DNA from: Candidatus Deferrimicrobiaceae bacterium
Lineage (GTDB): Bacteria > Desulfobacterota > Deferrimicrobia > Deferrimicrobiales > Deferrimicrobiaceae
Reading direction: 5' to 3'
Assembly: GCA_963792415.1 (NCBI GenBank)
Contig: CAWBVY010000006.1
Location: 800,001-864,000 of the forward strand
DNA length: 64,000 nucleotides
Below are positions 33,040 to 42,545 of this stretch, piece after piece. Below the pieces are notes generated by a model that saw only the letters and a program-made list of their open reading frames with translations, searched no databases and was not told the DNA's origin. Position 1 is the first letter of the stretch. Each line of letters begins with the position of its first letter. A program made the translations under genes and the position numbers.

Positions 33040-34404
33040 TCAGCGGGTCAGCCAGGACCGCGCCCGGAGCGTGGAGGCGGCGTAGGGAAAGATCCAGAAC
33101 AGCGTGAAGAAGGAAAAGTACGCGTAGAAGATCCCGAAAAGGAAATCCCACGAAAGCTCGCTCCGGAGATAGTACAGCATGTTCAGCCCCGCCATGGCCC
33201 CGATCACCGCCATGACCCGCAGGACCGCCATCGGATCCTCGATGGAAAACAGGACCAGCATCGGAAGGACCGCAAGGCCGACCGGATACCGAAGGTTCGT
33301 GATCAGGGAGTCCAGCACGGCGATCAGACGCGCGATCGGTGGGCGTTTCCAGACGATCTCGCGCGCAAACCGGATCTCCTCGCGTATGTAGCTCCGGTCC
33401 CACCGCAGGTACATTTTGCAGAGCCTCACGTAGTTTGACGGCACCACGGTGTGGACCACCGCGGTGCCCTGGTATACGGAATCGTAGCCAAGCTTCAGGA
33501 TGTCGTTCGTGAGAGCGCGGTCCTCCCCGTACGTGCACCTCACCCCGAGGAACTTTTGCTCCTCCCAGGCCGGGAGCACCTCCCGCAGCGCGGATAGCCG
33601 GTACGCGGAGAGCGCTCCCGGGCAGCAATACACGGTCCCATAGGTCGATTGCACCGACCGGAGGAAATCGAAGGAAAGCACGAACCGGACATGCAGCATT
33701 CTGGGAATCAACCCCTCTTCACGATTGTACACGAGCACCTTCCCGGCGACTGCACCGATGCCGGGGTTCCGGAAGGGCCCCGCCATGGAAAGTAGCGTGC
33801 TCTTGTCGATCACGCTGTCGGAGTCGATCGTGACGACGACCTCGCCCCTGCCGCGGCGAATCCCTTCCGCGAGCGCCGCGCGCTTCCCGCGATTTTCGCG
33901 GAAGCGGATTTTCGTCACGATTCCCGGATACAGCCCCGCCACCCGCTCGATGTGGGTCCACGTGTCGTCCGTGCTACCGTCGTCCACGACCAGTATCTCC
34001 AGACGCTCCCTCGGATATCGCGCCGCGGCCACGGACTCGATCGATTTCGCCACCATGGCCCCCTCGTTGTACGCGGGAATGATCACTGTGAGCGGGGGGG
34101 CATCTTCAAGAGTCGCGGGCTTGTGCGGCCGGTACCGGAACCAAAGCATCGTGCGGAACACCAGCATGAGGGTTCCCATCAATGCCCACAACATGCTCGG
34201 CCGAACCAGAATCCGGGTCCAACCGTGCTTTTCCATCAACCGGATCAGCGGGTGAAAGGAATCGTAGGAAACATTTATGTACACCAGGTACCCGAGTCCC
34301 AGGAATATGACCCCGCGCAAGGCCCAATCCGTGATCCCGGCGCTATGCGCGATTCCTGCCGCATCCCACCCCGGTTTCAAAATCTCTGCTTTCTCCGTTT
34401 CCAT
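33040..34404 (-). CDS. Processive GT2 glycosyltransferase, hyaluronan synthase/NodC-like
   Basis: IIPAYNE, VDDGS, GKR, IDSD, CCPGALSAYR, GEDRALTN and MYLRW; N- and C-terminal TM helices. Confidence 0.88.
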   Translation of the reverse strand: METEKAEILKPGWDAAGIAHSAGITDWALRGVIFLGLGYLVYINVSYDSFHPLIRLMEKHGWTRILVRPSMLWALMGTLMLVFRTMLWFRYRPHKPATLEDAPPLTVIIPAYNEGAMVAKSIESVAAARYPRERLEILVVDDGSTDDTWTHIERVAGLYPGIVTKIRFRENRGKRAALAEGIRRGRGEVVVTIDSDSVIDKSTLLSMAGPFRNPGIGAVAGKVLVYNREEGLIPRMLHVRFVLSFDFLRSVQSTYGTVYCCPGALSAYRLSALREVLPAWEEQKFLGVRCTYGEDRALTNDILKLGYDSVYQGTAVVHTVVPSNYVRLCKMYLRWDRSYIREEIRFAREIVWKRPPIARLIAVLDSLITNLRYPVGLAVLPMLVLFSIEDPMAVLRVMAVIGAMAGLNMLYYLRSELSWDFLFGIFYAYFSFFTLFWIFPYAASTLRARSWLTR

Positions 34405-34717
34405 CGTTCCTCGGCGGATCCTTTCGCTCGGTTTCACGCACGGATTACCTCGCGCAAATTCTTTGTTTTATCGCATTCCCGCTGTCACTTCACCGAGCAC
34501 ATCCATCCATCGGCCATTCTGACCGGTATTTCGATCGCATGCGGCGCGCCAATCCACGTCAATTCGTCAATGCTGAATGTTATCGGCCAATTGCCTGGTC
34601 GCATTTCCGCCAATAGGCCGCATTGAATCTTCGGGAGGGCAACTTCTTCCTGGCAGAGTTCGCCACAATACGAAGATCCTGTCGAAAAAAGCCGATACCT
34701 TCCTCGTGTGCCGCGGT

Positions 34718-35278
34718 CTAAAGCAGCTTCAGGAAAGCCGCCAGCCAGGCCGGGTGCGCCGGCCAGGCGGGCGCAGTTACAAGATTGCCGTCGACGTGGG
34801 CTTCGGGCCAATCCTTGGGGACATACTTTCCTCCCGCGGCCTCGACTTCGGGGGCACACGCCGGATACGCCGAGCATTCCCTTCCTTTGAGTACGCCCGC
34901 CGCAGCAAGAATTTGCGCCCCATGACAAACTGCCGCGATCGGCTTGTTGGAGGATGCGAAATGGCGGACCATCTCGAGAACCCCCTTGTTCAGGCGCAGG
35001 TATTCGGGCGCCCGGCCACCGGGGAGGACGAGCGCATCATAGGAGCTTGCCTGGATCTCTGAAAACGTTGCGTTCAGACGAAAGTTGTGGCCAACCTTCT
35101 CGCTGTACGTCTGGTCGCCTTCAAAATCGTGGATCGCCGTCCTTACGGTCTCTCCCGATTTCTTGTCAGGACAGACCGCGTGCACCGCGTGTCCAACCAT
35201 TTGAAGTGCTTGAAAGGGAACCATTACCTCGTAGTCTTCGACGAAATCACCGACGAGCATCAATATTTTCTTTCCCAT
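34718..35278 (-). CDS. DJ-1/PfpI family protein
   Basis: [23 protein letters not shown] nucleophile and APAWP; strong GAGGAGG RBS. Confidence 0.94.
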   Translation of the reverse strand: MGKKILMLVGDFVEDYEVMVPFQALQMVGHAVHAVCPDKKSGETVRTAIHDFEGDQTYSEKVGHNFRLNATFSEIQASSYDALVLPGGRAPEYLRLNKGVLEMVRHFASSNKPIAAVCHGAQILAAAGVLKGRECSAYPACAPEVEAAGGKYVPKDWPEAHVDGNLVTAPAWPAHPAWLAAFLKLL

Positions 35279-35386
35279 ACCAGGTCCTCCTCTCTTTCCT
35301 GGAGTTCAGACTAACATGGATCACGGATCCGGTAGATAGGATGCGGCTTTTCCTGGGCGAGCCTCATCCAAACGGATCTTCCGTAC

Positions 35387-35465
35387 GCCTGACCGCTCCA
35401 GTTGAGCTGCGGACGCCCTTGGAGTTCGCCACCCGGGCCGTCACAGCCTCAAGCCGTTGTCAGGC
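35387..35465 (-). mobile_element. attC-like integron cassette site 2 (non-canonical GAC/GTC core)
   Basis: R'' GCCTGAC - 5 nt - L'' CTTGAGGC ... L' GCTCAAC - 7 nt - R' GTCAGGC. R'' contains the stop codon of the preceding ORF. Confidence 0.7.
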
Positions 35466-35906
35466 TTCACTGCGATCATGAACGCTGAGCTCAAGCACTA
35501 TTCGACCCCAGCCGCCACACTGTACTCCGACGTCAAAGCATGCGGCTCGCCTGAACCGCATTTCATTCGGATCAACCCCGGCGAGGAAGAGCTCGCCGGC
35601 AGTAAAGATCATCGAAGCAGATGCGCTGAGCGCGTAAATGCAGATCTTCTTCGGGCATCGTTTCGTGAGCAGGTTTCCAGCACCATCAAAATAGAACTTG
35701 TCCCCGACCTTGTGTTGGCTGTTGCATCCCTCCGACGCCATGACTTCCAATACAATTGTCTTATTGTTCAATTCTGGCGCCTTCGAGAGGACATCCTCAT
35801 TTCTCGGATTCTCCCGGAATACCTTCATCTCCTCATCCGTGTATCCGAGTCGTTCCTTCATGAATTTCCACTTGACCAGGTCCCATGCCTTGTCTCGGAT
35901 GCTCAT
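35460..35906 (-). CDS. Cys-rich hypothetical cassette protein (TIGR04076-like)
   Basis: C-x3-HKVGD-x-F, CP-x3-C and CFD-x4-C; GGAG RBS; lies between two attC-like sites. Confidence 0.75.
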   Translation of the reverse strand: MSIRDKAWDLVKWKFMKERLGYTDEEMKVFRENPRNEDVLSKAPELNNKTIVLEVMASEGCNSQHKVGDKFYFDGAGNLLTKRCPKKICIYALSASASMIFTAGELFLAGVDPNEMRFRRAACFDVGVQCGGWGRIVLELSVHDRSEA

Positions 35907-35933
35907 TTTTTCTCCATAGGTTGGTTATCGCAA

Positions 35934-36009
35934 GCCCAATGCCCAGGCTGAGCTGCGAGCACTCTCGGTTCTCCTCCGGTGAACCGTCAGCTTCAGCCTG
36001 TTGTTCGGT
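35934..36009 (-). mobile_element. attC-like integron cassette site 1 (R' GTT changed to ATT)
   Basis: R'' ACCGAAC - 5 nt - L'' GCTGAAGC ... L' GCTCAGC - 6 nt - R' ATTGGGC; the stem has two unpaired bases, as in attC. Confidence 0.8.
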
Positions 36010-36033
36010 GGCGCAAATCCATTGAACAATGTC

Positions 36034-36234
36034 CTATTTCTTGTCCTTGAACGTATCGCTGCAGAATTTCCCACCAATAACCCAATTATCTTTTGGAACT
36101 TCATCGAATATGATAGTGACTGCTTCCACGGGACATTTCACACTATCTACCATCACGTCGGTTATGCCCTTAGCGATACATCTTTTTAATTCGCTCGCCA
36201 CTCCCGCCCACATCTCGACTCTGACGATTGGCAT
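36034..36234 (-). CDS. 4-oxalocrotonate tautomerase family protein
   Basis: Pro1 after Met, 66 aa, C-terminal NWVIGG; GGAGG RBS. Confidence 0.85.
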   Translation of the reverse strand: MPIVRVEMWAGVASELKRCIAKGITDVMVDSVKCPVEAVTIIFDEVPKDNWVIGGKFCSDTFKDKK

Positions 36235-36284
36235 GGCATACCTCCATTCTTAATCCCGGGTACGGTTAATGCCTCTTTCACTGC

Positions 36285-36610
36285 ACCGGGAATTCCGCTT
36301 GGCAGGTGGAGCAGGCAATCGATGCCGTGACGATACTCCTCGGTAGCGTCTTCGGTCAAGAGTGGGCCAGGACGACCCGGATTCCGGCCCCTCCCCCTCC
36401 CCGCGACGTCCCGCTTCCAAAGGGAGACGATCCGGTCGGTCGTTTACGGTACGCGATCCGTTGCCGCAGGTACCCCGTGCGCACCCTACCGTCGCACGCT
36501 TTCCGGATCTACGGGAAATGCTCGGGCACAGCGACGTCTCGACGACGAGAATCTACACGCACGTACGGAACCGGCCGGGCCTGGCGGTACGCAGCCCCGA
36601 GGACGGGTAG
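36285..36610 (+). pseudogene. intI: Integron integrase remnant (5'-truncated, internally deleted, frameshifted)
   Basis: One frame gives WQVEQAIDAV...[16 protein letters not shown] (IntI N-terminus-like). Another gives [32 protein letters not shown] (IntI-type C-terminus). It is divergent from the attC array. Confidence 0.82.
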
Positions 36611-36688
36611 AGGGAAGAAACCCGGGGGGCGCTGCGCCATCTAAATCCCCGTAGATAGCACGCCGGGGCGGGGACGGGGGAGGAACGG

Positions 36689-37018
36689 ATGGCTTTTGAT
36701 GAAGCGGTGGCGGGGAGGGTACGCGAGGCATTGGCGGGGGCGCCGGACGTCATCGAGAAAAAGATGTTCGGCGGTGTCGCGTTCATGGTCCTGGGGAACA
36801 TGTGCTGCGGGGTGATCGGCGACCGGCTCATGCTGCGCGTGGGACCCGATCGGCACGAGGCGGCGCTCTCACGGCCTCACGCCAGGCCGATGGATTTCAC
36901 GGGGAGGCCGATGAAAGGGATGGTCTACGTCGAGCCCGCGGGGTTCGCTTCGGCCGCCGATCTCAAGACATGGATCGCGAGGGCGATGGAGTTCACGCTC
37001 TCGCTCCCCGCGAAGTAG
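36689..37018 (+). CDS. TfoX N-terminal domain protein
   Basis: MAFDE, EKKMFGG, GNMCCG and MKGMVYV; GGAGG RBS. Confidence 0.88.
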   Translation: MAFDEAVAGRVREALAGAPDVIEKKMFGGVAFMVLGNMCCGVIGDRLMLRVGPDRHEAALSRPHARPMDFTGRPMKGMVYVEPAGFASAADLKTWIARAMEFTLSLPAK

Positions 37019-37036
37019 TTCCCGCCGGACGGCCCC

Positions 37037-37861
37037 TCAGTACCACACGCGCCAGAGGAAGAGGCCGTGCGGGGGGGCGTTGACCCCGGCGGCGGAACGG
37101 TCGCGCGCCCGAAGGATCTCCCCGATGTGCTCCGCGGAATGCTTCCCCTTCCCCGCGTTCACCACCGTGCCGACGATGTTGCGCACCATGTGGCGCAGGA
37201 AGCCGGTGCCGGCCACGTCGATGGAGAAGAGGCCCGGGACGTCGTGCCGCGCGACTTCCGCCCGGAGGATCGTTCGGACCGGCGATATCGACGTGCAACC
37301 TTGCCCGCGGAACGATGTGAAGTCGTGTTCTCCGACCAGATGGGAGAGCCCCTCCCGCACCGCGTCCAGGTCCAGCGGCGCCTCGATGTGCCAGGCGTAG
37401 CGGGAGAGGAACGGAGAATCGACCGGGGAAAGATGGAGGAAATACCGGTACTCCTTCCTCGTCGCGTGGCGCCTCGCGTCGAAGACCTCCGGCACGATGG
37501 AAGCCGAGAGGATGCGGATGTCGGTAGGGAGAAGGGCGTTCCCGCCGTGGACGATCGTCTCGATGGCCCGCACGCCGGCGTCGGCGAAGTCGACGACCTG
37601 CTCCCGCGCGTGCACGCCCGCGTCGGTGCGCCCGGCCGCCCGCAGGCGGACCGGCTCCTGCAGGATCCGGGCGAGCACGTCCTCCATCACCGCCTGGACC
37701 GTCGTCCCGTTCGGCTGGACCTGCCACCCGGCGTACGCCGTCCCGTCGTATGCGACGGTGAGCTTAACCCGCCGCGCCGGGTGGTTCTTGTCGGAGGGGA
37801 AAAAACCGGGAGCGGGGGAAGTTCCCCCGCTCCCGGCGCACGCAGGTTCGTTCGGGGCCAC
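37037..37861 (-). CDS. truA: tRNA pseudouridine(38-40) synthase
   Basis: AYDGTAYAGWQ, AGRTDAGVHA, HDFTSF and FLRHMVR; start uncertain (GTG 37861). Confidence 0.94.
   Translation of the reverse strand: MAPNEPACAGSGGTSPAPGFFPSDKNHPARRVKLTVAYDGTAYAGWQVQPNGTTVQAVMEDVLARILQEPVRLRAAGRTDAGVHAREQVVDFADAGVRAIETIVHGGNALLPTDIRILSASIVPEVFDARRHATRKEYRYFLHLSPVDSPFLSRYAWHIEAPLDLDAVREGLSHLVGEHDFTSFRGQGCTSISPVRTILRAEVARHDVPGLFSIDVAGTGFLRHMVRNIVGTVVNAGKGKHSAEHIGEILRARDRSAAGVNAPPHGLFLWRVWY
37800..37836 (-). terminator. Intrinsic terminator downstream of asd, inside the putative truA 5' end
   Basis: CCGGGAGCGGGGG-AACTT-CCCCCGCTCCCGG followed by TTTTTT. Confidence 0.8.
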
Positions 37862-37878
37862 GCGCTCCCCGGCAGCGG

Positions 37879-38916
<1,038 letters not shown>

Positions 38917-38920
38917 TGCC

Positions 38921-40021
38921 TCACCTCTCCATGGATGTTTTCTGGACGGCGTCCCGGACCCGGTCGCCCATCTCGGTCGTTCCGACCTTTTTCCCTTCGC
39001 CCTCGCGGTAGATGTCGCCCGTCCGGTACCCGTCGGCGAGGACCCGCGCGACCGCCTTCTCGATCCAGGCGGCCTCCACGGGCATATCGAAGGAGTATTT
39101 TAGCATCATCGCGACGGAAAGTACCATCGCCAAGGGGTTGGCGACCCCCTTCCCGGCGATGTCGGGGGCGCTGCCGTGGATCGGCTCGTACAACCCCACC
39201 TTTCCCCCGATGGAGGCGGACGGCAGCATCCCGATCGACCCGGTGATCATCGACGCCTCGTCGGTAAGGATGTCGCCGAAGAGGTTCGTCGTCACCAACA
39301 CATCGAACTGCCGGGGGTTGCGGATGAGCTGCATCGCGCAGTTGTCGACCAGCATGTGGGAGAGCGCCACGTCGGGGTACTCCTTCGCGCCCACCTCGGA
39401 CACCACCCTGTGCCACAGCACGGAGGATTCGAGGACGTTGAACTTGTCCACCGAGGTGACCTTCCGGGTCCGCTTGCGCGCCAGGTCGAAGGCGACCCGG
39501 GCGACACGCTCGATCTCGGGACGCGTGTAGATCTCCGTGTTGATCCCCGTCTCCACGCCGTCGATCACGGATTCGCCGCGCGGTTCGCCGAAGTAGATCC
39601 CGCCCGTCAGCTCGCGCACGACCATGAGGTCGATCCCCTCGACCAGTTCGCGCCGCAGCGGCGAGGCGCCGATCAGGGGCGCGAAGACCACCGCGGGGCG
39701 CAGGTTGGCGAACAGCCCCAGCTCCCTGCGCAGCCCCAGCAGCCCCCGCTCGGGGCGCAGGTCGAAGGGGAGGACGTCCCACTTCGGACCGCCCACCGCC
39801 CCCAACAGCAGCGCGTCGGACGCCTTTGCCAGGGCCAGGGCGCCCGGGGTCATCGGGGTTCCGTGGGCGTCGTAGGAAGCGCCCCCCACGAGCGCCTCCT
39901 CCGTCTCGAACCGCCGCCCCCCGGAAACCGTCTCCACCGTCCGCAGGACGGCCAAGGCCTCCCGCATCACCTCCGGACCGATCCCGTCTCCCGGAAAAAC
40001 ACAGATCTTCTTCACCGCCAT
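38921..40021 (-). CDS. leuB: 3-isopropylmalate dehydrogenase
   Basis: [25 protein letters not shown] and [10 protein letters not shown]. Confidence 0.97.
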   Translation of the reverse strand: MAVKKICVFPGDGIGPEVMREALAVLRTVETVSGGRRFETEEALVGGASYDAHGTPMTPGALALAKASDALLLGAVGGPKWDVLPFDLRPERGLLGLRRELGLFANLRPAVVFAPLIGASPLRRELVEGIDLMVVRELTGGIYFGEPRGESVIDGVETGINTEIYTRPEIERVARVAFDLARKRTRKVTSVDKFNVLESSVLWHRVVSEVGAKEYPDVALSHMLVDNCAMQLIRNPRQFDVLVTTNLFGDILTDEASMITGSIGMLPSASIGGKVGLYEPIHGSAPDIAGKGVANPLAMVLSVAMMLKYSFDMPVEAAWIEKAVARVLADGYRTGDIYREGEGKKVGTTEMGDRVRDAVQKTSMER

Positions 40022-40530
40022 CAAGCCCCCTTCTTTCTCTTCGCGATATAGTTCAGCAGCCCCCCGGCGGCCACAAGCTCCCGCATGAACGGGGGGATCG
40101 GGGTGAAACGGTACTCCTTCCCCTTCGTCTCGTTCCGAAGGGACCCCCGCTCCATGTCCACGGAGAGGCGGTCTCCGGCCTCGATCTCGTCCACCGCGTC
40201 CCGGGACTCGAAGATCGGCAGCCCCATGTTGAAGGCGTTCCGGTAGAAGATGCGGGCGAACGAGCGGGCGATGACCGCCGACGCGCCGGACGCCTTGATC
40301 GCGATCGGGGCGTGCTCCCGCGAGGAGCCGCACCCGAAGTTCTTCCCCGCGACGATGAAGTCGCCCTTCGCTACCTGCGGCGCGAAGGAGGCGTCGATGT
40401 CCTCCATGCAGTGCGAGGCGAGTTCCGCCGGATCGGAGGTGTTCAGGTACCGCGCGGGGAGGATGACGTCCGTGTCGACGTCGTCCCCGTACTTCCACGC
40501 CTTGCCGCGCAGCACCGTGCTAGAGCTCAT
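40021..40530 (-). CDS. leuD: 3-isopropylmalate dehydratase small subunit
   Basis: [18 protein letters not shown] and SFARIFYRN. Confidence 0.96.
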   Translation of the reverse strand: MSSSTVLRGKAWKYGDDVDTDVILPARYLNTSDPAELASHCMEDIDASFAPQVAKGDFIVAGKNFGCGSSREHAPIAIKASGASAVIARSFARIFYRNAFNMGLPIFESRDAVDEIEAGDRLSVDMERGSLRNETKGKEYRFTPIPPFMRELVAAGGLLNYIAKRKKGA

Positions 40531-41779
40531 CGGGTCCTCCGATCCTCCCCAGCACCGCGGAGGCCGCGGCCACCGCGGGGTTGGAAAGGTACACCTCGCT
40601 CCCGGGGTGGCCCATGCGGCCGACGAAGTTCCGATTCGTCGTCGAGATCGCCCGTTCCCCCTTCGCCAGGATCCCCATGTGGCCCCCCAGGCACGGGCCG
40701 CAGGTGGGGGTGGAGAAGGCCGCTCCCGCCGTGACGAAGGCCTCCATCAGGCCCTCCCGCATCGCCTGCAGGTAGATCTCCTGGGTGGCGGGAAGGATGA
40801 TCATCCGCACTCCGTCGTGGACCTTCCGCCCCCGGATCACCGCCGCGGCGCTGCGCAGGTCCTCGATCCGCCCGTTGGTGCACGACCCCACCACGACCTG
40901 GTCGATCGGGACGTTCCCCACCGCCGAGATCGGCCTCGTGTTCTCCGGCAGGTGCGGAAACGCGACCACCGGCTCGAGCGCGGACAGGTCGACGGAGATC
41001 TCGTCCGCATAGCGCGCGTCGGGGTCGGCCGTCACGACCTCGTACTTCCGCTTCGCCCTCCCGTCGGCGTACGCCTTGGTCGCCGCGTCGAACGGGAAGA
41101 TCCCGTTTTTCGCCCCCGCCTCGATCGCCATGTTCGCCATGGTGAAGCGCCACGCCATCGACAGGTGCGCGATCCCGTCCCCCGCGTATTCCATCGACCG
41201 GTAGAGCGCCCCGTCCACCCCGATCTCGCCGATGATGTGCAGGATCACGTCCTTCCCCTCGACCCACTTCGCGGGGCGGCCCGAAAGGACGATCCGCATC
41301 GTCTCGGGGACCTTGAGCCACACCTCCCCCGAGAACATCGCCGCGGCGAGGTCGGTGCTCCCCACGCCGGTGGAGAAGGCGCACAGGGCGCCGTAGGTGC
41401 ACGTGTGGCTGTCCGCGCCGATCACGAGGTCGCCGGGAACGACCAACCCCTCGTCCGGAAGCAAAACGTGCTCGATCCCCATCCGGCCGAGCTCGAAGAA
41501 GTTCGTGATGCCGAACTCCTTCGCGAACTCCCGCATCATCCTGACCTGTTCGGCGCTCTTGATGTCCTTGTTCGGCACGAAGTGGTCCGGCACCAGGGCG
41601 ATCCGCTCGGGGTCGAACACCGCAGCGGCCCCCAGCGACCGGAACGCCTGGATCGCGATCGGACTGGTGACGTCGTTGCCGAGGGCGAGATCGATCTTCG
41701 CCAGGATCAGCTCTCCGGGGACGACCGTCTTCCTTCCGGCGCGCCTGGCGAGGATTTTTTCAGTGATCGTCATGCCCAT
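40520..41779 (-). CDS. leuC: 3-isopropylmalate dehydratase large subunit
   Basis: [19 protein letters not shown] and TNRNF. Confidence 0.96.
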   Translation of the reverse strand: MGMTITEKILARRAGRKTVVPGELILAKIDLALGNDVTSPIAIQAFRSLGAAAVFDPERIALVPDHFVPNKDIKSAEQVRMMREFAKEFGITNFFELGRMGIEHVLLPDEGLVVPGDLVIGADSHTCTYGALCAFSTGVGSTDLAAAMFSGEVWLKVPETMRIVLSGRPAKWVEGKDVILHIIGEIGVDGALYRSMEYAGDGIAHLSMAWRFTMANMAIEAGAKNGIFPFDAATKAYADGRAKRKYEVVTADPDARYADEISVDLSALEPVVAFPHLPENTRPISAVGNVPIDQVVVGSCTNGRIEDLRSAAAVIRGRKVHDGVRMIILPATQEIYLQAMREGLMEAFVTAGAAFSTPTCGPCLGGHMGILAKGERAISTTNRNFVGRMGHPGSEVYLSNPAVAAASAVLGRIGGPDEL

Positions 41780-42545
41780 GGGCCGGCTTCTCGCTTTCCG
41801 TGCGCTTTGTCCGGCGGCGCCGGATCGCGCCGACCACCTCGCCCGCCGGCCCGGAGACGATGTACCCGGCGGCGAAGACGAAGATCATCACCTGCGGCTC
41901 CGCGGCCAGCAGCAGCGCCAGGAAGACGAACATCACGAGCGTGTTGAAGGGGCGCCGCCGGAACGGCTCGAGGTCCTTGAAGGAGTTGAATTTTACGGTG
42001 CTCACCATGAGGAAGGCGAGAACGTAGATCGTCAGGAGGACGGCGAAGTGCCTGAAGCTTCCGGATCCGCCCAGGTAGTAGAAGAGCAGGATCATGGAGG
42101 CGACGAAGACCGCCGCCGCCGGGATGGGGAGCCCGTTGAACTGCCCCTTTTCCACCGTGTTGATCTGGACATTGAAGCGCGCGAGCCGCAGCGCCCCGCA
42201 GATGAGGTAGAGGAACGCCGCCAGCCACCCCCATCGTCCGAAGGCGGAGAGGGCCCAGCCGTACACGAGAAACGCCGGGGCGACGCCGAAGGCGACGAGG
42301 TCGGCCAGGGAATCGTACTCGACGCCGAACCGCGTGGTCGTGTGCGTCATGCGGGCGACGCGGCCGTCGAGGCCATCGAGGATCGCGGCCACGACGATCC
42401 CGATCGCCGCCCTCTCGAAGTTGCCGTTGTAGGTGGACGCGATCGAGTGGAACCCGGCGAACAGGGAACCCGACGTGATGAGGTTGGGCAGGACGTAGAC
42501 CCCCCGCCGCAGGCTGTCCCTCTCGCGCCACCTCCCGCGCCTCAC
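41760..42545 (-). CDS. pssA: CDP-diacylglycerol-serine O-phosphatidyltransferase
   Basis: [26 protein letters not shown] and LRLARFN. Confidence 0.95.
   Translation of the reverse strand: MRRGRWRERDSLRRGVYVLPNLITSGSLFAGFHSIASTYNGNFERAAIGIVVAAILDGLDGRVARMTHTTTRFGVEYDSLADLVAFGVAPAFLVYGWALSAFGRWGWLAAFLYLICGALRLARFNVQINTVEKGQFNGLPIPAAAVFVASMILLFYYLGGSGSFRHFAVLLTIYVLAFLMVSTVKFNSFKDLEPFRRRPFNTLVMFVFLALLLAAEPQVMIFVFAAGYIVSGPAGEVVGAIRRRRTKRTESEKPAHGHDDH

Noticed and set aside
34485-34928. 147-aa minus-strand ORF and the overlapping 161-aa plus-strand ORF
   Set aside because: Both overlap PfpI out of frame, with no motifs or RBS; likely spurious
36235-36300. attI site or Pc promoter between intI and the first cassette
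   Set aside because: No GTT core matching the first cassette R'' was found. The integrase remnant begins almost immediately, so attI appears deleted.
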